Source of the DNA: Bacteroidota bacterium
GTDB lineage: Bacteria > Bacteroidota > Bacteroidia > AKYH767-A > JAHEYN01
Direction of reading: 5' to 3'
Length of the DNA stretch: 64,000 nt
Assembly (NCBI GenBank): GCA_023251555.1
Contig: JAHEYN010000001.1
Span: 75,433-139,432 of the forward strand
Notes under the pieces: generated by a model
The model's input: the letters and a program-made list of their open reading frames with translations, nothing else
Told to the model about the DNA's origin: nothing
Databases searched by the model: none
Program-made: the position numbers and the translations under genes
In this document: positions 28,789-38,193 of the stretch, one piece after another
Layout: each line of letters starts with the position of its first letter
How positions within the stretch are numbered: position 1 is the stretch's first letter

Positions 28789-30166
28789 GGTAGCTGATGC
28801 ATGAAATAAGGCTTCTCGCCTCTATATTTACGTATCCCGGCTGCATTACCAGTTGTTTTATCTGCCTGAGGGTTGCCCACATAAAGCCCGGCTGCAGAGG
28901 AATGTCATCTGTTGTTAAAACAACCATATGCAGGTTTTGGACCCTGTAAAAACGGCCTCCTTCATCTGACTGCATGGATGATATAATAATATTTTTCTTT
29001 TCCGGTGCGATAAAATACTTTGCAAACAATTCGGGTGAAGATGCGAGATATGACAATGGAATTCCCTGGATCGTCGGCCCTATCTCTGCTCCATTAATGC
29101 TGCCCGGTTCCTCTTTACCCCTTACAAGGAAATGCAGAATATCATTTATTTTTTTGGCAAGCATTCCATGAATCCGGATATGAGAATCGCAGATGACAGG
29201 CTGGGTCCAGGATCCGACTTCTCTTTCAGCCATAATGCTTAATGCGATAATTTTAAAATCCGGATCAGGACCGCAGGAAAACTCCATATCAGTCCGGTTA
29301 ATATGGGCCATGTTTTTTATAGATTTAAGCTTCGCTTTTATCTCAGAATGTGTCTTCATCTCGTCTATCCATGACTTAAAACCTGCTGCGTCTGTGTATG
29401 TCCCGTCCAGGTTTAAAGAGGAAATGAATAAGTCTTTTCCATGAGGGGAAGGAGTGTTTTTTCTGAAGGAATCATATAATAAGCCGGCGTCTTTTAACGT
29501 ATATTTTTCTTCTTCCTCACCTAACAGGATACCTGAAATAATACTGCGGGCGTTCATGTTTACCACATTATCCTCCTTAATAAATCTGAGAATTTGAGAC
29601 AGCGTCATCCACTGAAACCCGGGGAGCAGCTCAATATGTTCGCTTTCGTCGTATATACGGATAGAATTCCTGTTCTCTTTTTTGAAAAACCTGCTTGCCT
29701 GTTCAGAAAGAGGAAGGTCAAACAGGGTATTTTTATCCGACAGGAAATAATCCAGGTATGGAACAGGTTTTCCCTTATGAACCGCAGTGTAGTTGCTTTT
29801 GGTAGCTTGTACGGTGGGGGAGAGCTGAACTTCCCCGATGTTTCCGGGTTCAAATTTAAATTGCATCAGAAAGTGAAGAATGCCATTGACCTTTTTACCT
29901 AGTATTCCAAGTATTCCTGTTTCAGGTTGATTTAATATAAGCTGCTCTCTTCTGCCCGGGCCGGAGGTTTGCCCGTAGCTTAGACCCTGTACGGTAAAAA
30001 ATTTTCCCGACTCATGCACAAGATTTCCGTTAGCGTCAAAATGCCATTTCAGAAGCTTGCTAAAAGGGATGCGTATTGTTTTAGAGTGCTTTATTTCATG
30101 GGCTGTGCGGGTGGTTGAAGAATCTGAAAAAATGGAGGAAAGAATATCCACGTTGATTTTTCTCAT
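28781..30166 (-). CDS. NDP-hexose 2,3-dehydratase family protein (EvaA/TylX3-like) with two tandem homologous halves.
   Basis: Internal duplication is visible: GILGILGKKVNGILHFLMQFKFEPGNIGEVQLSPTVQATKSNY is echoed by HGMLAKKINDILHFLVRGKEEPGSINGAEIGPTIQG. Its length of about 460 aa is typical for this family. Confidence 0.55.
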   Translation of the reverse strand: MRKINVDILSSIFSDSSTTRTAHEIKHSKTIRIPFSKLLKWHFDANGNLVHESGKFFTVQGLSYGQTSGPGRREQLILNQPETGILGILGKKVNGILHFLMQFKFEPGNIGEVQLSPTVQATKSNYTAVHKGKPVPYLDYFLSDKNTLFDLPLSEQASRFFKKENRNSIRIYDESEHIELLPGFQWMTLSQILRFIKEDNVVNMNARSIISGILLGEEEEKYTLKDAGLLYDSFRKNTPSPHGKDLFISSLNLDGTYTDAAGFKSWIDEMKTHSEIKAKLKSIKNMAHINRTDMEFSCGPDPDFKIIALSIMAEREVGSWTQPVICDSHIRIHGMLAKKINDILHFLVRGKEEPGSINGAEIGPTIQGIPLSYLASSPELFAKYFIAPEKKNIIISSMQSDEGGRFYRVQNLHMVVLTTDDIPLQPGFMWATLRQIKQLVMQPGYVNIEARSLISCISYHE

Positions 30167-30184
30167 GACTGCCTGGGGAGTACG

Positions 30185-30994
30185 CTATTGTTTTGTGCGA
30201 AAGGCAAATATGTTGAACTGAAGGTCAATTCCCATGTAACTGTGAATTTCCTTAAAGGGCTGCGGAGAATGGCCAACGGGTAGTGCATGCACCCGGAACC
30301 CGGCCTTGTGAAGGACAGCCAGCAACTCATGCAGCGACTGTTCTTTTCCTTCAAAAGAATGGTATTCAATGAACAGGTGATCCACATTGATAAGCATACC
30401 GGCACAATCTTTTAAGACTGTGGTTTCTGCTCCTTCGATATCTATTTTCAGAAAATCCACTTTTTCATTTTCAAGAAAATTTCTCAGGCGTAATGTCTTT
30501 ATGAAACTGTTACCGGGTTTGTTGTCTGAAAGGGATGAAATTCTTCCTCCGTCAGCGCCTTCAGAAGTGAAATGCAGTGTTGTTTCTTCATTCCACACGC
30601 CGTAATTCATCAGCTTTACATTATCAAGTTTGAAGGAATTAACATTAGAATCAAGGGCGGCAAAGATTAAAGGGTCTGGTTCAAATGCAAGGATCTTTGC
30701 CTGCGGGTACAACCGTTTGAAGTAGATAATGCTGAGCCCTATGTTGGCTCCGCAGTCGATAATATAAGGAGCATTACTCCGCGCAGAAAAATTATAAATG
30801 CATTTCCTGAAGATTTCATGGTAAGTGAAGACAAAAGATGCCCCATCCGTAAGCGTGAGCTCATGTCCGAGTATGTTGGTTTTCAGCGTGGTGTATCTCG
30901 GCTTTCCGGAAATTCTTGATAGTTCACGGAACTCAGGGTCAAAGAGATATTTGGCCGGATTAATTAGCAGCTTACGCAGAACATTTTTCAACAT
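30185..30994 (-). CDS. FkbM-family SAM-dependent methyltransferase.
   Basis: It has IIDCGANIGLSIIYF, FEPDP and FLKIDIEGAE. Confidence 0.7.
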   Translation of the reverse strand: MLKNVLRKLLINPAKYLFDPEFRELSRISGKPRYTTLKTNILGHELTLTDGASFVFTYHEIFRKCIYNFSARSNAPYIIDCGANIGLSIIYFKRLYPQAKILAFEPDPLIFAALDSNVNSFKLDNVKLMNYGVWNEETTLHFTSEGADGGRISSLSDNKPGNSFIKTLRLRNFLENEKVDFLKIDIEGAETTVLKDCAGMLINVDHLFIEYHSFEGKEQSLHELLAVLHKAGFRVHALPVGHSPQPFKEIHSYMGIDLQFNIFAFRTKQ

Positions 30995-31025
30995 ACAGGG
31001 TCAGTTAACAGGAACATGGAGACTT

Positions 31026-32171
31026 TCAGAAAGTCAGGAAAGATACAAATTCATTTACTCTTTTCTGAAAGGAATGTGTGCTGCATGTTTTTTTCTGTCC
31101 TTCAAGGGCAATTTTTTTTCTTTCAGATTCATGCCTGAGCAGGTAATTTACCTTCTCTATACATTCATCTATGGTTTTGTAGGTCACGACTTCTTTTCCG
31201 GGTTCGAAAAAATCACGGATGTTTTCTTTCCAGTCAGTGATAAGGCAGGTGCCTGCTCCTGTTGCTTCGACCATCCGGATATTGGCGGCATTTTTTCCTG
31301 CAGCGTCAATGTGGGAGTTAAAGGTGAGCCTGGAGTCAGCAAGTGTCTGATACATTGCCAGGCCGAACAATCCGCCATGGTTTTTTCCCTGGAGGCGGAG
31401 TACATCCCTGTACTCTTTAAACCGCAACTGCTTTAGTCTTGAAAGTTGTTCGCGTGAAAAATAATTTTTTTTCGTATCAAGCATGTTAATCCACAGCTCT
31501 ATCGGCGTTTTACGGGCAAGATTTGTGATGTCACGAAAGCGTTTATGGTGTGCATTCTGATAAAAGCTGATTGAGCCGACAAAGCTTAATTCGTGTACAG
31601 GCGGCCTTGAAATAATATGATCTAAGATGGAACTTTCAAAACCAAATTTAAAGTAATAGCCTTTATACCCTGTTGTTTTATTATAAAACTCTGCACAGTC
31701 TGATATGCATGACAGAATAATATCACTGCCTTCATATTTCTCCGGGTTATTGTATTGCAATCCATCCCATCCAAGGATGATTTTAACTGAGGGGCAATTT
31801 TTTCTTATCCTCTTTCTGAACGAAGGATTTATTATTTCATAGTCATGTGCAAAAAATATTTCAGGCTCGAACTCCATAATCTGCGCTTCAAGGATTTCTT
31901 GCTGCCATTTCTCAGGGTTGTACTTTAAATTCCGCTCTTTTGCCCACTGCTTTTGGAGTGTCCCGGCGTTGGTAATTATTTCCAAGGCTTCAAACTTTCC
32001 GGTCAGTTCCAGGTTTTTTTTCCAGAAGTTGCTCCATCCAAAGCAGTCAGACATGATTTCCTCAAGCTGAAGTGTATAGTTCTTTTTTCCGAGCTCCGGC
32101 CTGGTATTATATAAAAAACTAAGGTATTGCGGATAGAAAGAAGAAGCCTTTAAAAATTTCGTTTTCCCCAT
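31026..32171 (-). CDS. Putative glycosyltransferase of the GT1/CgeB-like type. The GT-B C-terminal half is recognisable.
   Basis: The C-terminal block RMVEATGAGTCLITD…FEPGKEVVTYKTIDECIEKVNYLL resembles group-1 GT C-termini. The N-terminal half is not assignable. Confidence 0.4.
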   Translation of the reverse strand: MGKTKFLKASSFYPQYLSFLYNTRPELGKKNYTLQLEEIMSDCFGWSNFWKKNLELTGKFEALEIITNAGTLQKQWAKERNLKYNPEKWQQEILEAQIMEFEPEIFFAHDYEIINPSFRKRIRKNCPSVKIILGWDGLQYNNPEKYEGSDIILSCISDCAEFYNKTTGYKGYYFKFGFESSILDHIISRPPVHELSFVGSISFYQNAHHKRFRDITNLARKTPIELWINMLDTKKNYFSREQLSRLKQLRFKEYRDVLRLQGKNHGGLFGLAMYQTLADSRLTFNSHIDAAGKNAANIRMVEATGAGTCLITDWKENIRDFFEPGKEVVTYKTIDECIEKVNYLLRHESERKKIALEGQKKTCSTHSFQKRVNEFVSFLTF

Positions 32172-32234
32172 GAATTACACATTGTCAGTCAGCAAATTCC
32201 GGATTAAGGTTATCCCCGATGCGGGGCATATCAT

Positions 32235-33176
32235 ATGTTATCCAAAATAAAAAAAGAAATTGAGATGAACAAATGGGATACCTCATACCCATTTTTTCAC
32301 GGGAGGCTTTACCCCTTAAAAAAAACTATCTTTGCTGGTAACAATTCTGGCTATATGTTATCGCGCAAGACTGTCATTGACAGCAACAGGGCCGGCTCCC
32401 ATGTGAGTATCAGAGAACTATACCGCTACAGGGACCTCTTCATTACGCTTGCTTACCGTGATTTCAAGGTCCGCTACGCCCAGACCTTCCTTGGGTTTTT
32501 ATGGGCAATCCTCCAGCCGTTGGTAACGCTGCTTATTTTTATCGTGGTTTTCCAGAGAGCAATAAAAATAGAAACAGGTAATATTCCTTACCCGGTATAT
32601 GTCCTTGCAGGAATGACGATATGGTCCTATTTTTCTTTTGTCATGGTGCAGGCAGGGCAATCTATCATATCTGCCCAGCAGATGGTACAGAAAATATTTT
32701 TCCCCAGGCTGGTCATACCGGTTTCAAAAGCTGTAGTCGGACTGGTAGATTTTCTCATTTCACTTATGCTTCTTTTTCTGGCCATGTGGTACTATCATTA
32801 TATTCCTGCGGCACATGCCGTTTTTATTCCGCTGGTGGTCGTATTACTAATAATGTTTTCTCTTGGTATCGGCATCTGGCTTAGTGCACTGACAGTCCGC
32901 TTCCGGGACTTTCAGCATATCATTCCTTTTGTTGTCCAGATTGGACTATATGCCACCCCGGTTGCTTATCCGTCTTCAGTAATCCCGGAAAAATATCATC
33001 TTATATATTACCTGAACCCTGTGACAGGTATTGTGGACATTTTCCGGTGGAGCCTGCTGGGTACGGAAATGAACAGGTTTTATGTTTGTATTTCCATGTC
33101 TGTTGCCGTACTGATCCTCCTGACATCCTTTTGGTATTTCAGGAAAACAGAACGTGTGATGGCGGATATAGTATGA
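32235..33176 (+). CDS. wzm: ABC-2 type polysaccharide exporter permease (Wzm/TagG/KpsM-like). The start is probably an internal Met near 32355.
   Basis: It has RELYRYRDLFITLAYRDFKVRYAQTFLGFLWAILQPL (a Wzm signature) and 6 TM segments. Confidence 0.75.
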   Translation: MLSKIKKEIEMNKWDTSYPFFHGRLYPLKKTIFAGNNSGYMLSRKTVIDSNRAGSHVSIRELYRYRDLFITLAYRDFKVRYAQTFLGFLWAILQPLVTLLIFIVVFQRAIKIETGNIPYPVYVLAGMTIWSYFSFVMVQAGQSIISAQQMVQKIFFPRLVIPVSKAVVGLVDFLISLMLLFLAMWYYHYIPAAHAVFIPLVVVLLIMFSLGIGIWLSALTVRFRDFQHIIPFVVQIGLYATPVAYPSSVIPEKYHLIYYLNPVTGIVDIFRWSLLGTEMNRFYVCISMSVAVLILLTSFWYFRKTERVMADIV

Positions 33177-33183
33177 TGCATTT

Positions 33184-34428
33184 ATGAGCAACATTTCTTT
33201 ACAGATAGAAAATATCTCCAAGCGCTATCTTATAGGCAGGAAGGTCAGTGCTTCCCTGAGTGAGACGGCAGGGAAATTTATCAATTATTTTTCAGGTGGG
33301 AGGGATAGAAAAAGTACTTCCGTTTTCTGGGCGCTGAAAGATGTTTCTTTCTCTGTGAAAGAAGGAGAGGTTGTTGGGATTATTGGAAAAAACGGTGCAG
33401 GGAAGAGCACCCTCCTGAAGATTCTCTCGAGGATAACGGAACCCACAAAGGGTAGAATAGAAATCAACGGAAGGGTGGCTTCTCTTCTTGAGGTTGGAAC
33501 GGGATTTCATCCTGAGCTTACCGGCCGGGAAAATATTTACCTCAACGGAACCATTCTGGGAATGAGCCGCAGGGAGGTGAAAAGCAAGTTTGATGAAATA
33601 GTTGACTTCAGCGGGGTGGAGCGTTTTATCGACACCCCTGTCAAGAGGTATAGCAGCGGCATGTACGTGCGTCTTGCTTTTGCCGTTGCAGCCCACCTTG
33701 AACCTGAAATACTGCTTGTAGACGAAGTGCTTGCAGTGGGAGATGCGGAGTTTCAGAAAAAATGCCTCGGGAAAATGAATGAAGTCTCCCAAAGCGGGAG
33801 AACAATTCTATTCGTAAGCCACAACATGGGGGCCATCAGCGAACTATGCTCTAGAGCTGTTTTCCTGCAGAACGGAGGTGTAAAAATGGATGATGAGGTA
33901 AATAAGGTATTAGGGGCTTATCTGGAAGATTATGAGGATGTCGCTAATTCGGTGGAGATAACCTCCCTTCCTGACAGCATTTGCGTTTTCAATAAAGTCA
34001 TGGTTGCCGGGGAAGACGGGAAAAGCAGGTTCGAATACCTTCTCGGCGATCCTATACAGGTGCATATTTCATATGCCATCCGGGGGGATTACAAAGATTT
34101 TAATATTGAGTTTAATTTATTCAGGGGTGTTAACTGCGTTTTCACAACTTTTAATACAGACACGGGTGATCCTGTTGAATACTGGAGGAAAGGAAAATAT
34201 TCGGCTGTTGTCCAAATCCCCGGCGGATTGCTGAAAGCAGGGCATTATGTTATCAGCCTTAAGATGAGAAGAAACAGTGATGGAGCGCATTTACACGGAT
34301 TACATGAGGTGGTCGGGTTTAAAATTTCTGAGGTGAATGTGAATCTCACACACGTAGGCTACCAGCAGGACAGGGCAGGGGATATTATTTTCCCGGGTAA
34401 CTGGAATATCATCAAACAGGAAAAATAA
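33184..34428 (+). CDS. wzt: ABC transporter ATP-binding protein Wzt with a C-terminal ~170-aa extension, putatively a glycan-terminus-binding domain.
   Basis: It has Walker A GKNGAGKST, the ABC signature YSSGM, Walker B ILLVDE and a non-NBD C-terminal domain. Confidence 0.8.
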   Translation: MSNISLQIENISKRYLIGRKVSASLSETAGKFINYFSGGRDRKSTSVFWALKDVSFSVKEGEVVGIIGKNGAGKSTLLKILSRITEPTKGRIEINGRVASLLEVGTGFHPELTGRENIYLNGTILGMSRREVKSKFDEIVDFSGVERFIDTPVKRYSSGMYVRLAFAVAAHLEPEILLVDEVLAVGDAEFQKKCLGKMNEVSQSGRTILFVSHNMGAISELCSRAVFLQNGGVKMDDEVNKVLGAYLEDYEDVANSVEITSLPDSICVFNKVMVAGEDGKSRFEYLLGDPIQVHISYAIRGDYKDFNIEFNLFRGVNCVFTTFNTDTGDPVEYWRKGKYSAVVQIPGGLLKAGHYVISLKMRRNSDGAHLHGLHEVVGFKISEVNVNLTHVGYQQDRAGDIIFPGNWNIIKQEK

Positions 34429-34437
34429 TTTACAAAA

Positions 34438-35232
34438 ATGCTGTCTCGTATTATCCTGCCATTAAGAATGTTGCGATCTGATATGGCGATCTATTGGAGG
34501 AGAAAAAATTATACCCCTTTGCTCCCCCTTAGTGAGAAGCAGAAAAAATGCCTCGATATATTGAGGAGAGACGGCATCTGCACAGTTGAGAATTACTGGA
34601 CGGCAGAGCGGTGCACTGAATTCAGGGAATTACTGGAGAAGGAGGTGCAGGAGCAGAAAGACCGCAATTATGATAATGGTGCATATATACGCTTTAACCG
34701 TGGCAAGAACCCCAAAGACCAGGGTGTGGTGAGAATCTATCATGCAGAAAAGTTCCTCCCGCCGCTCGGGGATTTCAGGAATGACCCGTTTATTCTCGGG
34801 ATTGCATCTGCGTATTTTGGTATCCCCATGTTCAGCGGTTTTGTTGCATTCCAGCACAACCTTCCTTCGGTTTCCGATACCCGCGAATATCATGTTGACT
34901 GGTGGGAAAAAGAATTCAAAGCGTTTATATATCTCGGGGATGTGGATTTGACTAATGGTCCTTTTGCATACATCCCCGGTTCACACAGGGCTTATTTTTC
35001 CCGGTATAGAAAAGTCTTTTTGAGCGGAAAGGGATTGGCAGACACCAGTTTCTTTGCCAGAGATCTCGGAGGGTGGATGGATCGTGAAAAAATTATGACA
35101 GGTAAGGCGGGAACCCTTCTTCTCGCCGATGTTACAGGTTTTCACCGCGGCCTTCCGCAAACAGGGAGGACAAGGTCATTGCTGTACAACAATATTTATC
35201 CGAAAAAGGAAGATATTTTTCCTGATCGTTAA
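34438..35232 (+). CDS. Hypothetical protein, possibly a PhyH-like Fe(II)/2-oxoglutarate oxygenase.
   Basis: It has an HxD (YHVDW) and a distal His (GFHRG) with spacing reminiscent of PhyH. The assignment is weak. Confidence 0.3.
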   Translation: MLSRIILPLRMLRSDMAIYWRRKNYTPLLPLSEKQKKCLDILRRDGICTVENYWTAERCTEFRELLEKEVQEQKDRNYDNGAYIRFNRGKNPKDQGVVRIYHAEKFLPPLGDFRNDPFILGIASAYFGIPMFSGFVAFQHNLPSVSDTREYHVDWWEKEFKAFIYLGDVDLTNGPFAYIPGSHRAYFSRYRKVFLSGKGLADTSFFARDLGGWMDREKIMTGKAGTLLLADVTGFHRGLPQTGRTRSLLYNNIYPKKEDIFPDR

Positions 35233-35310
35233 GGGGTCATAAAAATAATTAAGACAACTTTTGAATAGCTCTCTGAGTGTACAGGTGATTACCTTTATTT
35301 CCTGTGCAGG

Positions 35311-35390
35311 TTAAATCCTGCCTTCGCATTCCGCTACGGCAGACAAGAGAGTCGGGCCTTGCCCTGAGGTTAATGCCAACTTATAAACAA
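35311..35390 (+). repeat. Palindromic intergenic repeat element, copy a (diverged).
   Basis: It shares the …ctgccttcgcattccgctacggcagacaagaga-gtcgggccttgccctgaggttaatgccaac… consensus with the copies at 51.0, 56.8, 57.7 and 64.0 kb. Confidence 0.7.
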
Positions 35391-36656
35391 TTCTTTGAAG
35401 GCACTGATAATTTTTTCCTGCACTTCATTCCTGAACTTCCCTTTAAGGCTGAAAAGAGGAATAAAACCATCGGCCTCATAGCCTCCTTCCTTAACCTGCC
35501 TGTCGGTGGGAAGATAGAGATGTACCGAGTCTGTATAGCCGCACAAAAGAGTACCTTTTCCGGCGATACCTTTCAGCAAATCCTCGTATTCGATCAGTGG
35601 TTCGGCAGAGATACAGGCTATACTTAACTGGTCAGAAAACTGTACTGCCTGGAAATACAGGTATTTATTGACTGTATTTTCTCCTTCAAAAATTTCAGAA
35701 AGAGGTTTCTTTATGATTGCAGTTTCCATGCGGGAGACTGCAATCTCCGGTGAGTTGACGTTCAGACATTCTATTACAGCGCGGGAAAGGGAAAGTGTCC
35801 ATTCTGCATATATTTTTTCTGTTGAGGCAGGGATCTTCTGCGGTAACAGCAGTAGGCTTTTAAGGTAATCCCATCTAGTCAGCTTTCCAAACCTTGGCCG
35901 TATATCGCCTGCAAATCCCTGCAGGAAGCAAACGGAGATATTTTTTCCCGTGCTGTTGCGAAGTTTAGTTCTCACCGCACCGGGAAAGTCTGCACTCAGG
36001 GTGTTAAATTCGTAAAAGGCTACGGGGTGGCATGCAAAATGCCATATTAATCCAACAGTCTGGCTTTCTCTGTTCTTAAATTCTATTACAGAGCCATTGC
36101 GGTTTTTTTTGCCCAAAGGGGCATAGGCATTTTTATAAGATATGGATGGAAAACGCCTGAGCGACAGGTTAATAATTTTTCTCCGGCGATTAATAGTGTG
36201 ATCTGTATTAAAGTGGTGCAGGTGCATTGTAACGGGTGTTCCCGGCTCGCTTAACACTTGTTCAAGGGTATGAAAAAGTTTTTCTTTTACCGAGAGCAGG
36301 TATTCATTATTTAACTCCCCGAGCATTGGTTTCCCGGCTTCTACCGGAGGGGCAAAATGAGTATGGCTTGCATTAAAAATAAAATCCTCCTCCCTGATAT
36401 TTTCACCATGTTTCCGGTTCAGTTCCCGGATAGCCTCCGTTTTCAATTCATGGCTTGTAAAAAGCGCATCAATGCTTACAATAAATATTTTTCTTTCCTG
36501 GTGGCGGAGCAGAATTACATTGATTTCGAGAGGGTCATTGATACGGTCAAAGGGGGCGTTTCTCACTACCTGATAGCCGGCAAGGTGAACGGGCTTTACA
36601 GGAGTGATGTCAGCGGTAGAACCGGAAAATAAAACCGGACTATTCAGGCTCTCCAT
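35370..36656 (-). CDS. Neutral/alkaline ceramidase-like hydrolase family protein (N-terminal domain pattern).
   Basis: It has GSTADITPVKPVHLAGYQ and NASHTHFAP, which match the conserved G.ADITP…GY and THTHSGP blocks of neutral ceramidases. The last codons lie in the repeat element. Confidence 0.35.
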   Translation of the reverse strand: MESLNSPVLFSGSTADITPVKPVHLAGYQVVRNAPFDRINDPLEINVILLRHQERKIFIVSIDALFTSHELKTEAIRELNRKHGENIREEDFIFNASHTHFAPPVEAGKPMLGELNNEYLLSVKEKLFHTLEQVLSEPGTPVTMHLHHFNTDHTINRRRKIINLSLRRFPSISYKNAYAPLGKKNRNGSVIEFKNRESQTVGLIWHFACHPVAFYEFNTLSADFPGAVRTKLRNSTGKNISVCFLQGFAGDIRPRFGKLTRWDYLKSLLLLPQKIPASTEKIYAEWTLSLSRAVIECLNVNSPEIAVSRMETAIIKKPLSEIFEGENTVNKYLYFQAVQFSDQLSIACISAEPLIEYEDLLKGIAGKGTLLCGYTDSVHLYLPTDRQVKEGGYEADGFIPLFSLKGKFRNEVQEKIISAFKELFISWH

Positions 36657-36657
36657 T

Positions 36658-38166
36658 TCATAAAGGTTTATTTAGACCGCATAACTTTTCAATCTGCGAT
36701 TTCATATACGTGCAATCTGCTATGATTTTTTCATCATCATCCAGGATTTTTCCGGCAGGCTGAGCTATTTTTTTCAGCAGGGCATCGGGCGATGTTATAT
36801 ATTCAATGTAATCCCGGCTGATAAAGTCATAAAAACATTCGTATCCGTTTTTAGTGAGCACTACGCTTGGTACATTAAATGAGAGGGCCTCCATTGCCAC
36901 GGTGGAGTCGAGGGTTACATGCAGGTTTGCTTTTTCAAGTAAAAGATAAAGGTTAACCCGGGAAGATTGATGCACCAGGATATTTTCGGGGAAGGGATAC
37001 CCAAATTCTGTTTTCAGCCAGTCTTCAACTTCGGGGAAATGGGGATGTAATCGTATAATCCAAAGTATTTCACTGCCTGACTTCCTGATAGTATTAATAA
37101 CTACGTTGCTAAAAATAAGCTTGTCATACCCCGGCATATTGTTTAGGGTAATGAGTATCATTTTTGAGGATTTATTAATACTCTCTTTTAGGCTTTGCGG
37201 GAAGGAACAAAGGCTGCGGTTATTTCTGATAAAGCAGAGGTATGGATTTCCGCCAAGGATAGGTTTATGTTTTGATAATGACGCATTCCATTTCTCCAGG
37301 TTTCGTAAGGAGTTCCTGTCCCAAACCCAAAAATAATCGGGTAAAAGCTGATATCCTTCAGGAGGGACATTCAGCCATTTGACGTATGCGAAGTGAGTAT
37401 TGCCATGCACTCCATGCTGGATTTCTATACTTTTTATTTTTAATTTTCCGGCTGCGAATATAGCGGCCATGTTTTTTTCGGAGTAATAAATATCCGTAAA
37501 AAGATGTTCAGGCCGGATCTCCGAAAAGAGTTTCTCGAAAGCTTCCGAATACCGGTAAATGAGTTCTGTTTTCTCGGCACACGCTTCCTCCGGGAAATCA
37601 AACACAATCAATTTTGACGAAAGAAAATCAATGAATTCAGGATACCGGTTTATTGTTTTTTGCCTGAGTGAAGGAAAAGAGAAGAGCAGATTCCGGAACA
37701 ATTCTTTCTCAAGAAATTCGTCTGCATTGAAAACATCTGCCCTTCCCGGCTTTTCAACATCTCCGTCATAGGCAAAAGATTCCATGTAAAAACATTTTCC
37801 GTAACCATGCAACAGGTAACCAATGCTTTCCGTGCAGCGGTTAAAAAATTTTTCATTAATCAGTTCGGATCTGTGGCTGGAAAGTCCGTACAGAATAAAC
37901 CTGGCTGAAAATGGCCTGGATCTTTTTCCCCTGTGCCGGAAGCGTTTTCTGAGAAGCCAGAAAAGGTCGGCATAATGTTTCCTCAGTCTCGAGAGTGGAG
38001 TGCGGTTACCTGTATTTTTCCGCGGGCTCTTTTTCAGATGGTTATAAAGTTCGAGCCTGATAACGGGCCAGGCGTAGAGTTCTTTGTATTTCAGACTGTT
38101 GACATCGAAATTCAACTCAATATCATTGAGGATCCTGATAATTTCCTTTTCATCAACGCTCTGCAT
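36658..38166 (-). CDS. Putative polysaccharide-modifying transferase (TagF/KpsC/KpsS-like GT-B fold); hypothetical.
   Basis: It has IIRLHPHFPE and a C-terminal VTLDSTVAMEALSFNVPSVVL block like CDP-glycerol glycerophosphotransferase and capsule-synthesis families. The match is low-specificity. Confidence 0.3.
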   Translation of the reverse strand: MQSVDEKEIIRILNDIELNFDVNSLKYKELYAWPVIRLELYNHLKKSPRKNTGNRTPLSRLRKHYADLFWLLRKRFRHRGKRSRPFSARFILYGLSSHRSELINEKFFNRCTESIGYLLHGYGKCFYMESFAYDGDVEKPGRADVFNADEFLEKELFRNLLFSFPSLRQKTINRYPEFIDFLSSKLIVFDFPEEACAEKTELIYRYSEAFEKLFSEIRPEHLFTDIYYSEKNMAAIFAAGKLKIKSIEIQHGVHGNTHFAYVKWLNVPPEGYQLLPDYFWVWDRNSLRNLEKWNASLSKHKPILGGNPYLCFIRNNRSLCSFPQSLKESINKSSKMILITLNNMPGYDKLIFSNVVINTIRKSGSEILWIIRLHPHFPEVEDWLKTEFGYPFPENILVHQSSRVNLYLLLEKANLHVTLDSTVAMEALSFNVPSVVLTKNGYECFYDFISRDYIEYITSPDALLKKIAQPAGKILDDDEKIIADCTYMKSQIEKLCGLNKPL

Positions 38167-38193
38167 TGTATAAATGATTAGCGAAGGGGAAAG

